A DNA stretch of 64,000 bases from assembly GCA_030295235.1 (NCBI GenBank), contig AP026133.1:186001-250000 (forward strand). Reading direction: 5' to 3'. The translations under genes were made by a program, and so were the position numbers. The DNA is from Fistulifera solaris (Eukaryota). Below, in pieces: positions 37,021 to 49,766 of the stretch. Below the pieces are notes generated by a model. That model did not search any database. It had not been told where the DNA came from and saw nothing but the letters and a program-made list of their open reading frames with translations. Position 1 is the first letter of the stretch, and every line of letters starts with the position of its first letter.

Positions 37021-38549
37021 CTAATGACTGGGAATCAGAGAGAAGATTTGTCGGGCCAAATTGGTCAAAGGTTCTCTCGACAACCATTGCGGATGATGCT
37101 CTGTCTGTTGAAGCACCGCAGCCACTTCGGCATTTTGTAACCGCAAAGCCCACTGTAAGCTGGTGTAGCCATTGACCGCCTCCACATCCTTGGCGCCGTG
37201 ACGAAGCAATATTTGTACCGTGGACGGGTTGTTGGAACCTGCCGCGAAATGAAGGGCACTCCAGCCGTTCACATCCCTCTGGTTCACGTCCGCCATGCCA
37301 CCATCTCCATTAGCGGTATCACCTACGCCACGACAGAGAAACTCCAGAACTTGAAGAGACCCGTGGAATGCGCTAGCGTGCAAGGGGCAGGTTTGTGTCC
37401 CATCGGAGCCCACATGAAACCTGTCCACGGGAACGCATTGTTGTTGTACCAGCAACTTGACCGTCTCTAACATATCATCGCTGGCGCATGCATCAATTAA
37501 GCGCGTTGATAGTTGATTTTGAACGTGTTCCGGATATAAAGAGAATTTCTCGGCGCGTCGAACAGTGATAGTCTCGGCAACAGCACGTCGCGAACTCGCC
37601 AGAGCCTTGCGGAACGCCCCTACACATCCGGACGGTACTTGTTTTGGTATCTGCGACACGCTGGATGCCTCCTCCGTACCATGAAACCCTGTATTGGCTT
37701 TATAAGCTTCGTAGACTTTGGCTGCTGACATGCTTTGCATACTATGAGCCAGCGCTTCCATGCGTTCTAGCATGGAGCGTTTTTCCGTTTCGGATACCAT
37801 AGCAGCCCCCATTAAACTTCCCACTACACCTAATCGTAATATAATGTGTGAAAAGTCCGCGGCATCCATCGGAATGGAGTGTTCCGTCATCAACGACGCG
37901 GCGCCGCCGAGCAATGTGACCAAAAGGGCGGCACGGGCGGCGAGAGCCGAGCGATGGGGTGGGTGATGTACATGATTTTTGATCCACTTTCTCAACATCG
38001 TGAGAGAGGGGAGGATCTCTTAAAGATGTATTCGAACATAGATATTCTTGGAGAATGCATTCTAATCGGGATTCATCCAAGGACGCGATTCGGGCGACAA
38101 TCTCCAAGTCGTGTGCAGAAGGAACATCCTTTAGTGAAGCTCGTTGTAACTGGTGCTGTAAGAAATAAAAGCACTCGAAATTGGAATTCTTTGAAGTTTC
38201 GGAAAAGGCTGCTAGATCCGGCAAATCCAGATAGCTTAGTACATGCATCATGACGTCGTTGTAAAGGATTTCGTTCGCCGAAGATGACGCTTCTTCTTCG
38301 GTGTGCTCATCCAGCAACGACAACAAATCACTCACACTGTCTTTCGCCGCATCCGAGGCGGCGACCGAAAAAATAGCAAGAGGAAATTTTGACCAAAGAA
38401 GCGTTGATGCTCGTAGGTAACGTTGCCTCTTCAGTGACATCGAATTCTCCCGATGATGATGTTGATTCGTTCGAGTCGATTTCCGGTAGCAGCTCTGTGT
38501 ATTGTTCCCAGCCTTCATTCGCTGTCCAATTATCATGATTATTAGACAT
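37021..38549 (-). CDS. F-box-like + ankyrin-repeat protein (frameshifts near 38370 and 38000)
   Basis: LYNDVMMHVLSYLDLPDLAAFSETSK (F-box-like); central hydrophobic segments; CPLHASAFHG, DVNGWSALHFAAG, NGYTSLQWA. Confidence 0.75.
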
Positions 38550-39299
38550 TTTTGCTGAGATTCTGTGAGTGGAATGTAATATAGATTAGAAGATACGCTT
38601 TATTCGCATGAATTATGATGAAATGAGCTGTTTCTTATGAACAAGGGAAAACGGCGCTTTTCCCAAAGAGGTCCTGACTCCAGTCTCAGAAATCGCCCGG
38701 ACTTTTGTCATGGAACAATCAATCGCCTGATGTACAGGTAAGATTGACAGTGCATCCCCAACAGCCGTCAAAGTACTTAGAAAGTTTATACTCCGGTCCT
38801 GGATATTTCTACACTAAGTCCAAATGTACTCTTAAGGCACTGCGAAATGCGAAAGCGTTCTCTGTTCTCTTTGTTTCGGCTCTAACGTCTCGTCGTTCTA
38901 CGGTCATTCAATTTCGTCGTAATGGCATCTAATCTAGCGCCATCATTTCTAACATTCTAGCTCTTCATTTCATTGTGGACCTACAACATCACTAAAGGAG
39001 ACACATAGTCGAGCAACATTATTTTCATTTTACACCCTAATGACAAGAAAAAATAGAATAGACCGACGACAGTGGCGGCGTTGTGCCCGCAATTTCCCAG
39101 CTTTGTCTTTCAACACGGCCAGGAGTGATGACGCGGCCGCTCCAACGACGACGAACCACCACCAGCCCATACGGAACCGACCACAGATGCACCTCCAACG
39201 CTACTTCAAATCTACGCGACCGTGTCGCCCATCCCACTTTCTCTTGCCCCTTTTTCCCATACCAAATAATGCCACTCCCGTCTTAACTTGACCACGGAC

Positions 39300-41028
39300 T
39301 TAGAGTCCGAAAGCACCCATGCCTTCCTTCTGTTCCTTGAGGAAAGCCTCGTAAAGGTAAAGATGATGGTGACCGCCAAAAGGATACCCGTTCCGGTACC
39401 AATGGCTCCCATAAAGTCGGCAATGACCGAAAGAGCGCCAATGCACATACCACCAAAGGCGGCCGCCGTGGGGATGTAGCGGTTCAACACATGGATCAAA
39501 GCCGAATCACGGTGACCTTTCATGACCATTTGGTTGTCACGCAATTGCTTGGCAACATCGCGGGCCGAGGCTCCCGACACTTCAATCCACGTTTTGGAGA
39601 AGAGTGCACAGGCCGTCAAAATGAACGTCAAATAAAAGACGGCATGGAATGGGTCGTAAATGATTTCGGCCAGTGACTGTGGGGGTGAAATGTAGTACGC
39701 AATACCGCCCACGGGGATCTTTTGTCCCGGCGATCCTTCGACTTCTTGCCATTTTCCCAACAAACGCACCAACACATTCGTGGGCGCGCGGTTGTAAAGA
39801 AGTTGCGAAACAAAGTAGAGATTGGACACCAATGCCGTTTGTAAGATGATGGGCATGTTGGATGTGTAAAAGAGCTTGATGGGGTAATTTCCTTCCTGGC
39901 CACGGTATTTCTGGTACTTGACGGGCAAGTTGACTCTCCATCCTTGAAAGTAAATGACAATGACAAAGACGAGGACCGTAGCCAAAAGATTGGTCAAGTT
40001 GGGCAAGTTCTGACGATACAATGCTTCTTGCAACGCTTGGACCTTGTTGCTGCGAGTAATCATCAAATGAAAGAGAGCGACAATGGCACCTTCAAACTCC
40101 GTTCCACGACCCGTATTGATCGTGGTGGGAGAAAAGGCCTTCCAGATAATGGTTTCACAAATGTTGGTAGCAATAAAGAGCGAAATACCACTGCCGAGTC
40201 CGTACCCTTTCTGCAACAGCTCATCGAGCGTCAAAACAATAAGACCGGCACAAAAGAGTTGCGCAATGATCAAAAGAGCATTTCCTGCTCCAATCGATCC
40301 CAGATCACCGTACATGCCCGAAACAACATACGCAATGGCTTCTCCGACCGTGATGAGAATACCAAACAATTTTTGGGCACCGGAAAAAGGGCCCGATCTT
40401 CCTTGACATTGTAATCGACTTCAATGATGCGAGAACCGGCCAAAAGTTGCATGACCAAACCGGAGGTGACAATCGGACTGATACCGAGTTCCATGAGAGT
40501 GCCACGATTCGAGGCCATAATGACACGCATCCAATAAAAGGGATCCGAGGATTTGGCGCTCTGGACACCGTAGATGGGAATTTGACAGCAAACCAAGAAG
40601 ATGAAGAGTGTAATTGTTGTCCATAAAAGCTTTTCACGGAAAGGAATCTGATGATAAAAAAGAGGAGAAGTGTGAGGCGAATGCAATGAATGAAACATCA
40701 GGCTGTATCACTAATGATGCAACAAACAATGTTTCTTCAAATAGGAAATGCCGCATACGTCTCGGAAAGGGTTCCAAGCATACGTCGTATGCTGCATGGA
40801 AAGACGCAAACGCCTGTATTCGAACCGTATCTACAAAATAGCTTGAAGGGATGATGAAGAAGAAGAAGAAGAAAAAAACGATCGGCATGCAACGAGCGTC
40901 GAAAACGAAACAAAACACCGTCATCGGGTGGATACGGGTCATTTTCACAATTCGCTCACCTTACGATCCGGACTGGCGACCTCCGGGAGGACGCACATGA
41001 CGGGACGAATTAAATGAAGGAATCTCAT
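39300..41028 (-). CDS. SEC61A: Protein transport protein Sec61 subunit alpha; intron 40648-40959; 1-bp frameshifts near 40380 and 39355
   Basis: [93 protein letters not shown]. Confidence 0.97.
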
Positions 41029-41640
41029 TTTAGTTGTTTTGTTTGTTCAAAAGAAAACAAAATGTACCCCCAAATGACTGGTGTTGTAATAACAGAATCA
41101 CAATATGCGCGCCATGAGCCGTTTGCGACCCCCTCGTCATCGCGACCCATCGACGAGAGGCGAGCGGGAGAGACCGCCGATTGCGGATGGTAGGACGGAC
41201 CAAGATATCGTTCCTGTTTCGTTTGGAGTGTACGAGTGAGAGAGTACAGAAAGCTATAGTCGGTCCACGTGGAGAAACAATAATAGGTCGAGGGATTTGG
41301 GACTTGGGGGAGACGGCCATTTTTACTAGATAGAGCGCTCAATTAAAGGCATTCAATAAAGTAAATGAAAGATGCTATGGTAATTTGATAACTGGTGCTC
41401 TGAATCACATCTGCTTCATATCTCAAAAGGAAGCGCCTAAAAATGGATTGCCGACTACCGGTACTCCATTTCAATGTCAGTCCCGTCATTTGTCTAGGGC
41501 TAACGCATCTCTTTGGGAGAATTCGGCGTACAATGCAATTCTGAGGAAGGCGACTTTGTGAACAGTTGTTGATAATATCAATAACAATGTTCCATCTTTC
41601 ATTAAAATATTTTTGAGGAACAATATCAATGGTCTCACTT

Positions 41641-42714
41641 TCATCTATTTCGGAGTCCCAAAACATCTTTCACGAGTTGTTGATTGACGGGACACGAGAG
41701 GCCCCGTTGTTGACCTTGTTGTACGATAAATCCATTCAAATAGTCAATTTCGGTATCTCGTCCTGCTAATACATCTTGGAACATGGACGATTGATTGGCG
41801 GAAGTAGCCTTGATGACTGTTTCGACGTAGGTTTGCAGAGATTCCACCGCATATTCCTGGCCGGTCATTTGATGTGCGACCATCGAAACTTCTTGTACAA
41901 TTTCCATCATGTAAACATCAAGCGAAGATTCCGGAGGATGATTCCTTTGTTCATACAATCGTCGTATATCGCCATTCCGACATCGATACAGCGCCGTCAG
42001 CGGATTGATGACACAATTGGCGGCCAATTTGTACCACAATTCTCGATCCAGCGTTAAAGACGTTGTGCAATTTAAACCCGCGAGATCCAAGAGATGCGCC
42101 ATGGCGGGATAATCTTCAATCGATGTAGTGCCGTATCCGGCGTGGACTACGTGATAGAGTTCGTCGTCGTCGTCATCGTCGTCACGATACGCACCGTGAG
42201 TCGTCATGGCGAGGTGAATACGGGATCGTTCCTTCAAAAACTCTCGCAAGGTTTCCCGAATCGCCAAAGCACCATTGCAAAGGAGAATGATACGAGTTTG
42301 GGGAGAAATGCGATCGACAACTGTCGTAAGGGCCGGTAGAGCTTGATGCGCTTTCGTCGTGACGAAAAGGTTCTGAAACGGTCTCTTTTGATTCAATTCC
42401 CCGATCAAGGCGGCGGGAACCTGGACGGTGCGAGGAGCTCTTCGAGTGATATTGTGTTTGGCCTGCACGCAAATGGCGACTTTCGACCCGCCCAGGAGAC
42501 GATGTTGATGATTCTTCCGTAACAGCAATTGGACGGGGTAAGACGGTAACGCACTTCGAATTGATGCTGCCCACAGTAAACCGATGGAACCAGCTCCCAA
42601 TATGTGAATGGGTTCTTGAAAATCGAAAAAAGCCGCATTCGTGGCGTGTTGTTGGGAAGCCGAAGTCATCTTCTTTCTGTAGAATTGATCTTGTGTTCCC
42701 TCTTTTAGCCGCAA
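41641..42714 (-). CDS. panE: 2-dehydropantoate 2-reductase (ketopantoate reductase)
   Basis: IHILGAGSIG, VTTKAH, LLCNG, TTHGA, LWYKLAANCVINPLTAL, NQSSMFQDV..GRDTEIDYLNG. Confidence 0.92.
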   Translation of the reverse strand: MRLKEGTQDQFYRKKMTSASQQHATNAAFFDFQEPIHILGAGSIGLLWAASIRSALPSYPVQLLLRKNHQHRLLGGSKVAICVQAKHNITRRAPRTVQVPAALIGELNQKRPFQNLFVTTKAHQALPALTTVVDRISPQTRIILLCNGALAIRETLREFLKERSRIHLAMTTHGAYRDDDDDDDELYHVVHAGYGTTSIEDYPAMAHLLDLAGLNCTTSLTLDRELWYKLAANCVINPLTALYRCRNGDIRRLYEQRNHPPESSLDVYMMEIVQEVSMVAHQMTGQEYAVESLQTYVETVIKATSANQSSMFQDVLAGRDTEIDYLNGFIVQQGQQRGLSCPVNQQLVKDVLGLRNR

Positions 42715-43249
42715 TGCTTCAACAGAGATCAGTTATAATGAATAATGCTCCGTTGAATTGTTGATTTCTGTATTGTGAGAAGGAGGAAGGAATGATTCCC
42801 ATGGCTTTTGTGATGTGAGGGCGCGAATTCTGTGTATTTGTCGCAAGTCGCACGTCAGGCACCCGGAGGTATAATTCATAGCTAGAAGATTTTGCGAAGT
42901 CCAAGCCTTTGTTGTAATCTATGTACGCATGAATGCAAAACCCAATTCGGGCACATTTGAAAACTGCGAAAATACGATAGCTCCTTTCGATTATATGCCC
43001 TAAAGACATGGAAATGCCACAAAAGAAGGGGAGATTGCGTGGGTGAAATCAGAAATCTTTTGGAAATAATTTACCACAATCTAACATGTTTTCTATGAAG
43101 AGGGACTGCATCGTTGACTTAACGAGAAATACACATACAAAACGTTCGGTAGAGATAGCGAGTTTCCCCTTGTGGAACCCTTATTTCCCAACGCCTCGAG
43201 ATGTTTTGCGTCTAGAAAATCCCAATCAACTCGCTCCATTTCACCAAGC

Positions 43250-43819
43250 TTAGATATAATACGAATCGGAAGACCCCGTGGGAGGAAGAAGATTACCAGA
43301 CGATCCCGCATTGGCAATCAACGATGCGCCGACACTCACTGCCGCGAGAACACCAATCCAAAACTGCAAAAGACAAAACGAGTTGAGCGGGAATCCACTT
43401 TCACAACCATTGGGTCGTACCCCTACACGTACCTTCCAATCACCCTTGACGGCATTCCACGTTGGCAGTGAAGGCATATTCGCCGCCGTTTGCAGCGCTT
43501 TTTCTCGCGCTTGATTCGCCGCCCGCAACGCCGCCAATTCGGCTTCACTCTTGTAATAGCCTTTGCCGGGCCGTTCTTCCGGTTGTCCTTGATTCGCGAC
43601 GACTTTTTTCCATTCCGCGTCCCAATCCACACTGTAATCACTCTTGCCTTCGATGGTAAAATCGGAGAAATCGGAATCATCTTTGGGTGCTTTGGCTTCA
43701 TCGTCACTCGCAGCGAACAAGGAATGCGACCGTTGCGAAGTCGCCATTTGTGTGGGAACAAATGAAGTAACCAGCGGTCCTAGGAGTGCGACAAACAGGA
43801 TGTATTGTACGACAATCAT
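43250..43819 (-). CDS. Small plastid-targeted single-TM hypothetical protein; in-frame 69-bp intron 43364-43432
   Basis: Signal peptide with VTSFVP motif; VDWDAEWKKV; GDWK|FWIGVLAAVS; gtacgt...tgcag intron. Confidence 0.7.
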   Translation of the reverse strand: MIVVQYILFVALLGPLVTSFVPTQMATSQRSHSLFAASDDEAKAPKDDSDFSDFTIEGKSDYSVDWDAEWKKVVANQGQPEERPGKGYYKSEAELAALRAANQAREKALQTAANMPSLPTWNAVKGDWKVRVGVRPNGCESGFPLNSFCLLQFWIGVLAAVSVGASLIANAGSSGNLLPPTGSSDSYYI

Positions 43820-44092
43820 GTTTTGTGAGTGTTAATTGCTAGTATTCGAAGAAACAATGAAATGATCATGAGCTGGTTTGCTTTGTGGGAAAGAAAGAGG
43901 TGCCATGGTGGCAGCGCGGACGACGTTTTCCCTTCTGTTTTGGATCTGAGTGCCGGTCGTAAGAGAACCCCCACGTACAAAAATCCTACTGCCGGTTACC
44001 TCCCACTACGGAAGGTTACAGTCGAAGAGAATTCGGCTATGACGTCATGGGTGAAGAAAGCATCTGGCAGTCTGCTGCTCGTGCGTGTTTGA

Positions 44093-46290
44093 ATGTCCTC
44101 GTCACACCATGATAAAAGAGGGGGAAAAAGGCCGGCGTTAGGCCTAAAAATGAGCGGCCTTGGGCTTGGGACGCGACCATGGCGGCCGCATTGCTTTTCT
44201 ATCAAAAAAAATGATGATTTAAAACGAGAACAACACTCATATCCTTCCTACTTTCGAACCATTTGCTGTTCGATCTCGTCTGTAACCCGCAAAATAGACA
44301 CCGTGTCGATCCCTGAACACCATCCTCCGGAGAAAGAGGAGGAAACTCCTTCGTTCGTCGACGCTTTTGCGGCACTCGAACTCGACGAAGAAGCTTTTTT
44401 TACGACCGACGAGCTCTTACATGCCTTGGATGGTATAGACGAATTAGGTGACGAAATTATCTATACCGGCGAAGACGAAGAAGAAGCCATCCTGGAACCC
44501 ATTCAAGTCCTTTCGTCGTCGCCCTTGCCCGATTTCCCGTTGCGCTGGAACGACAACGATAGCTTGTTGAAGGAAGGAAGTGAAGAAGACGCGGAGAGCG
44601 AGAACTGGTTGGAAACATCTAGTGATCTAGCAACAGAAACGGTAGATCCGTCAATTTTAGATCCGCCCGACGACGTGGACGATTTGGCTTTGTTAGAACA
44701 ATTGCAAAGTTTGTCCTTGGGAATCGATCATAATATGACATCTCACGACACGGAGTCTTGGAAAAAGAAGAAGGCAAAGAAAACGATGAGCTACCTCCGT
44801 ACATGTATTGTCAACCGTGCGACGATAGTTTGCCCGAAGCCACAGAGTTGAACTGGATTGACGAACCGGCGGAAGAAGAGTATTCGTTCAAACCACGCCA
44901 GGAAGCCGTGGAGGCGGCGGAGCACTTCATAAAAGCTATGAGTCTTATGAAAAATAATACACCAAAAAACGAACGATCTTGTTTGGGGCATAAGGAACGT
45001 GTCTTGGGTTTGGATTTATCGGAGTGTGGCAAGTTCTTGGCGACCGCCAGTGAAGATTCGACCGTCAAAATATGGGACACGAAATCCAATCGTTTACTGG
45101 CGACCTTGGATCACAATAAAAAGTTTGAGTGTTTGCGTGTCATTTGGGCACCGCAGAGCTGGCGTCAGGAGGAACGATATCTCGACGATCCACTTCAGTA
45201 TTTGCTAGCAACCGGAAGTGCGGATGGTGTCGTTTGTCTCTACTCGTGCTCGGATCCATTGACCAAACCGTGGATCCTACAGTCAAAAATCGATCATTCC
45301 CAGTTGTCGCATTTTGCCGCCACGGAAGACCCGGATGATAAGCCCCAAGTATACTCACTGCAATTCATTGACAATTGGAAAGGTTTAGGAAGTACGGGGG
45401 AGCAGAATAGCTTCTTGTTAACTTCTTCGGATGATCATGTGCATTTGTGGGAATGGGATATGCTGAAAAAAGTGAAACTAGAGATCGGAACGTCCGAGAC
45501 TCGAGTCGATTTTCGTGAAGTAATCAGTATCAAGTTTTCCAATTTACATGGACACGGATACGGTGTTCGTGTCGGTCAAGTGTCTAGTTCGGGGATGTTC
45601 TCGTTACCGCCAACGGTCGTGACGGAGGAAAAGCGTGATTTGACCAACGATATGATGCCAGTGGAAGGCACGTTTGGTGGAGATCGAAATCCCAATGGGC
45701 TTACATTTGTGTTTGATGCGCAGTACAATGCTACGAACGGTTTCTTGGGAGTGGCCTTGTCGGATGGGAGTCTACGAATCCTGAATGGACGCGGAATATG
45801 CTTATCGGTCCTCCAATTGCCGGGCATAAACTCTCATCTGACGTCGTTTGCCTGGGATCGTTCGGGGAGGCGCTTAGTGACCTGCGTCGCATCAGGGCAC
45901 ATTATCACTTGGAATATAGAGTCTCTCGATTCGGATATTCGAGCTACTTGTGTTGCTATTTTTGAAAGGGGGCACGAAGTAGGTAGACCGCTGTTCGGGG
46001 CTCGGTACATTGAGAATCACCAGCACACGGAAGAAATCCTTCTGTCTTGGGGTGTGGACGGGCGACTCTGTCTATGGGATGCTTGTGCGGAAGGAGAAGC
46101 TCACGGTCCACTAGCAATCCTTCTCGCGAAAAAATCGTACCCAATCTATTGTGTTGGTCTTCGACCAAGCCTAATGGCTGTAGGCGGTGGGAATGGCCAA
46201 AACGACTTTATCGGTGTCCCTGTCTACTTATATGACTTTGAACTTAAGTCACCTTCAAGGGAGAGTGCTACAGCTTTAACGGGTCCGTGA
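44093..46290 (+). CDS. WD40-repeat protein with an acidic N-terminus (start uncertain; frameshift near 44765)
   Basis: GHKERVLGLDLSECGKFLATASEDSTVKIWD, LATGSADG, LTSFAWD, SWGVDGRLCLWD. Confidence 0.8.
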
Positions 46291-46453
46291 TGAACCTGTT
46301 ACCCAGTTGAAATTTAATTACGAGTGTCTATGATGGCACCTTTCTCGGTAGCTACAAATTAGAAGTCTAATGGGCATAAATCAAATTATTACATTCAGAT
46401 TAAATCACAAAAGTGTAACCAGAACACCTCTGTAGCTCCGTTAGATGGATGGC

Positions 46454-47353
46454 TTACTCTTGGATATCCTCTTCAACAATTTCTTCGGGTTCTTCGGCAA
46501 CAAGAGCACGGTCCTTGCTCTTGCTGGACTCCTCAGGCTCATCATGGCCGTGTTCCTTGCCACTGAGGCCACGGCTGAAGAGGGCGCGGTCCTTGCTCTT
46601 GCTGGACTCCTCAGGCTCGTCATGGCCGTGTTCCTTGCCACTGAGGCCACGGCTGAAGAGGGCGCGGTCCTTGCTCTTGCTGGACTCCTCAGGCTCGTCA
46701 TGGCCGTGTTCCTTGCCACTGAGGCCACGGCTGAAGAGGGCGCGGTCCTTGCTCTTGCTGGACTCCTCAGGCTCGTCATGGCCGTGTTCCTTGCCACTGA
46801 GGCCGCGGCTGAAGAGGGCGCGGTCCTTGCTCTTGCTGGACTCCTCAGGCTCGTCGTGGCCGTGTTCCTTGCCACTGAGGCCACGGCTGAAGAGGGCGCG
46901 GTCCTTGCTCTTGCTGGACTCCTCAGGCTCGTCATGGCCGTGTTCCTTGCCACTGAGGCCACGGCTGAAGAGGGCGCGGTCCTTGCTCTTGCTGGACTCC
47001 TCAGGTTCATCATGGCCGTGTTCCTTGCCACTGAGGCCACGGCTGAAGAGGGCGCGGTCCTTGCTCTTGCTGGACTCCTCAGGTTCATCATGGCCGTGTT
47101 CCTTTCCACTTAATGCGCGGCTGAAGAGGGCGCGGTCCTTGCTCTTGCTGGATTCCTCAGGCTCATCGTGGCCGTGTTCCTTGCCACTAAGTCCGCGGTC
47201 GAAAAGTCCAGCTCCAGGGGCAACACCACTGGCGGCCGCGAACATGAAGGTTCCAGCAATAATGGCTCCGTAAATAGCACGCTTGCGGAACTTGCTCTCG
47301 GTGGCAACGGCTCCGTCAATGACCGTGTTCATCTCAACATCAAAGTTAGACAT
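46454..47353 (-). CDS. Repetitive peptide-precursor protein (299 aa): signal anchor + 9 x SGKEHGHDEPEESSKSKD separated by RAL-FS-RGL
   Basis: ATG at 47353; KFRKR followed by a hydrophobic segment; nucleotide variants between repeats are almost all synonymous in this frame (CAT/CAC, GAC/GAT, GAG/GAA, CGT/CGC). Confidence 0.85.
   Translation of the reverse strand: MSNFDVEMNTVIDGAVATESKFRKRAIYGAIIAGTFMFAAASGVAPGAGLFDRGLSGKEHGHDEPEESSKSKDRALFSRALSGKEHGHDEPEESSKSKDRALFSRGLSGKEHGHDEPEESSKSKDRALFSRGLSGKEHGHDEPEESSKSKDRALFSRGLSGKEHGHDEPEESSKSKDRALFSRGLSGKEHGHDEPEESSKSKDRALFSRGLSGKEHGHDEPEESSKSKDRALFSRGLSGKEHGHDEPEESSKSKDRALFSRGLSGKEHGHDEPEESSKSKDRALVAEEPEEIVEEDIQE
46500..47205. repeat. 78-bp coding tandem repeat, 9 copies
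   Basis: GTTCCTTGCCACT recurs every 78 bp from ~46552 to ~47176. Confidence 0.95.
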
Positions 47354-48676
47354 GGTTTGAAAAGGCTTTGAAGATGGGCAGAAGTATGAATCGACTGATA
47401 TGACTTTAGTGAGTTTGTGATTTGTGAGTATGCGAAAATGAAGCATAAAAGATCTCCTCTCTTGAAACACCGACGCCGATGATCGGCACTTCGCAGAAGG
47501 ATGACCTGGTGAAACCGAGCTGATACAAAAGTGTACTCTCATACCCAGTTTCAACCGCTAGCCCCTTTTACACTTGCCTCTTTCGGCGGTGTTTACATAG
47601 GAAAGGTCTTCGTTGGCGAGGTACACAACAGAAGTCGACAAGGCTTAAATACTTGTGTCACATAGAGAATTTTGTCAGAATTTCGAAGCGAAGTCTCGTG
47701 TCAACGGACAATAGTGTACTTCTTGGTGTTAGTTCAACGTTCAGAGACCGGTAAGAAAGGCCACACAAATTAGGCGGGACAGGAGACCAAGACGTTGAGA
47801 ACTTTCCAGGGAAATAATCTTAAGTCCAAAGTCCTTGGAACTCTCTACCATGGAGAACTAATTATTTTGTGTTTTTGCTTGTTGTGAGTTACGCAGTACT
47901 AAATCAGACCTTTGAAACTTCCGTTGGAGTTTCTACAAGCTAAGCGATAGTGAACCGCACATTGCTATGCACGTTCATGCATAAGGTCAAGGATAGAAAA
48001 GGGGAAAAGGCTTGCATGCAAAGGTTAAGAAGATGCTGAGCTTACCGAGTCAACAAAAGTGGAAGGAGTGCGGCAATAAAAGCTATCGTGAACGATGTCA
48101 TTTTCTTAAAGGAATGAGATATAGTTGGTCTTTTTTTTCGAGGTGCGACGTCTTGCTGATTAACTGTGACGTTGTCAACCTTGTACTGTACAACTGTCCC
48201 AAGAAACAGCTTGAAACCATGTTGAGAGCTAGTTTCGAGAATATTCTTTCGCTCAATAAGAAATTTCGGCTTTTTAGATTGTCTCTCGACTTATGTTGGA
48301 TCCAAGGGGGTTCCAATCATGCAGTGTTAAACAGGGATAGTAACCATTTGGGATGATGCTATGGTTTGATTTCAGACGTCAATGAATTAATTTTACTGCA
48401 AGGGGAAGCTTGCACTGGACACAAAGACAAAGAAAATGAATTTAGAATATACCTTGATATTTGGATCTTGGTACGCCGGGTATCTATTTCTTTGCTTGGT
48501 ATAGTATTCGCTACGAAATTCAAGCATGTGGACCGACAACACATGTGAATCGCATCAAATTACGATCTGAAAACGAATAATTTACAATTCTGGTTTCTAC
48601 GGTTGTTTTCACTTGAATTGCTCCGCCGGCATGCCCGACCACAAGTCCGGCTTTTCTCAACAAAGCAACAAGCCCT

Positions 48677-49224
48677 CTAAAAAATATCATCTTCTAATCC
48701 TCGTAAATACTCTCCGACATCCGCTTGATGCAGTACAACATTCCCGGTTGGATCCAATTGTTGCGAGTGTTCCGTACTTTGCGCCGCCACACCGAATCCG
48801 AGGGGCGTATCCGTCGACATGCTGTAGACGACGACACCCGCATATTGTGGAGTATTTTCCGTCATGCGTGCCAATCCATTTTTGGTTATGTGACTTCCAT
48901 ATAAGAAACTCATTTCTGCCGATGTTTTGACCCAGACTTTGTACAGAGCGTGTTGGGCGAGATAATCGAGAGCCGTAATGTGCAAGCGAAACTTGCCGCT
49001 CTTGGTGAATTTTCCCAAACAAGTACCGGCGTGTAGTAAATAATCGCGGCTGATACAAGTTGATGCTTTCATGAGCGATTCGCTAATATAGTAGACACGG
49101 TCTTTGATGAGACGAAAACAATAACGCTCGTCACTCCGATTGATGAGATGTTCGACGTTCTTGCCGATGTATTCGGAGAGTTTCAAAAGACCGATTTCGT
49201 TTCTTCTTCAGTTAATGGTCTCAT
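48677..49224 (-). CDS. NIP7: 60S ribosome subunit biogenesis protein NIP7 (1-bp frameshift near 49187)
   Basis: [10 protein letters not shown]...[56 protein letters not shown]. Confidence 0.95.
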
Positions 49225-49766
49225 TCTTTATATCTTTGCTGAGATTTACAATACTTTGTTGTTATCAATGTGCTTATAATATGTCTCGACGATTGGACTA
49301 TCTGGTACCAGATAGTGGCGACGCAATGAAAGAACAAGAAATGCAAGAAAATCTCTTGGAGGAGAAACTGGTTCCGCCTGTCCGCTTCCGGCACCCTATG
49401 ATTGTTTTGTGTACGGTACCCAAAGCCTTATACTTGAAAACTGACGAGAAAAATAAATACGCAATCGATTGCCGTTACGACCTGCGTGAGAACGCTGCTT
49501 GGATTGATTTTTCGACTTCGACGAACGCAAATTTTCGTGTTGTTGTTGTACCTGGTAATCAATGCAGGTTTTGTTGACATTCTCTTTTCAGCAAAAACAG
49601 GAGCCGTCGCGGTTATGAAGAAAGCGTTTTAACGAATCAATTGAATCCTTTACTGTCAAAGAACGAAGCAGTTCTGATAAAGGACGTTGTTTTCATTCTC
49701 CTATCTTTCGAGTATATACTGAGCTGCCTTGAAATAAGTCCTAAAGCTTCCAAACACCCTTCCAGC

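Noticed and set aside
46445..47273. Plus-strand and alternative-frame ORFs over the 78-bp repeat; CRISPR-like appearance
   Set aside because: These are shadows of a stop-free repeat; variation is synonymous only in the SGKEH frame, and there are no unique spacers
47560..48670. Short ORFs upstream of the repeat gene
   Set aside because: Short, no motifs; treated as intergenic
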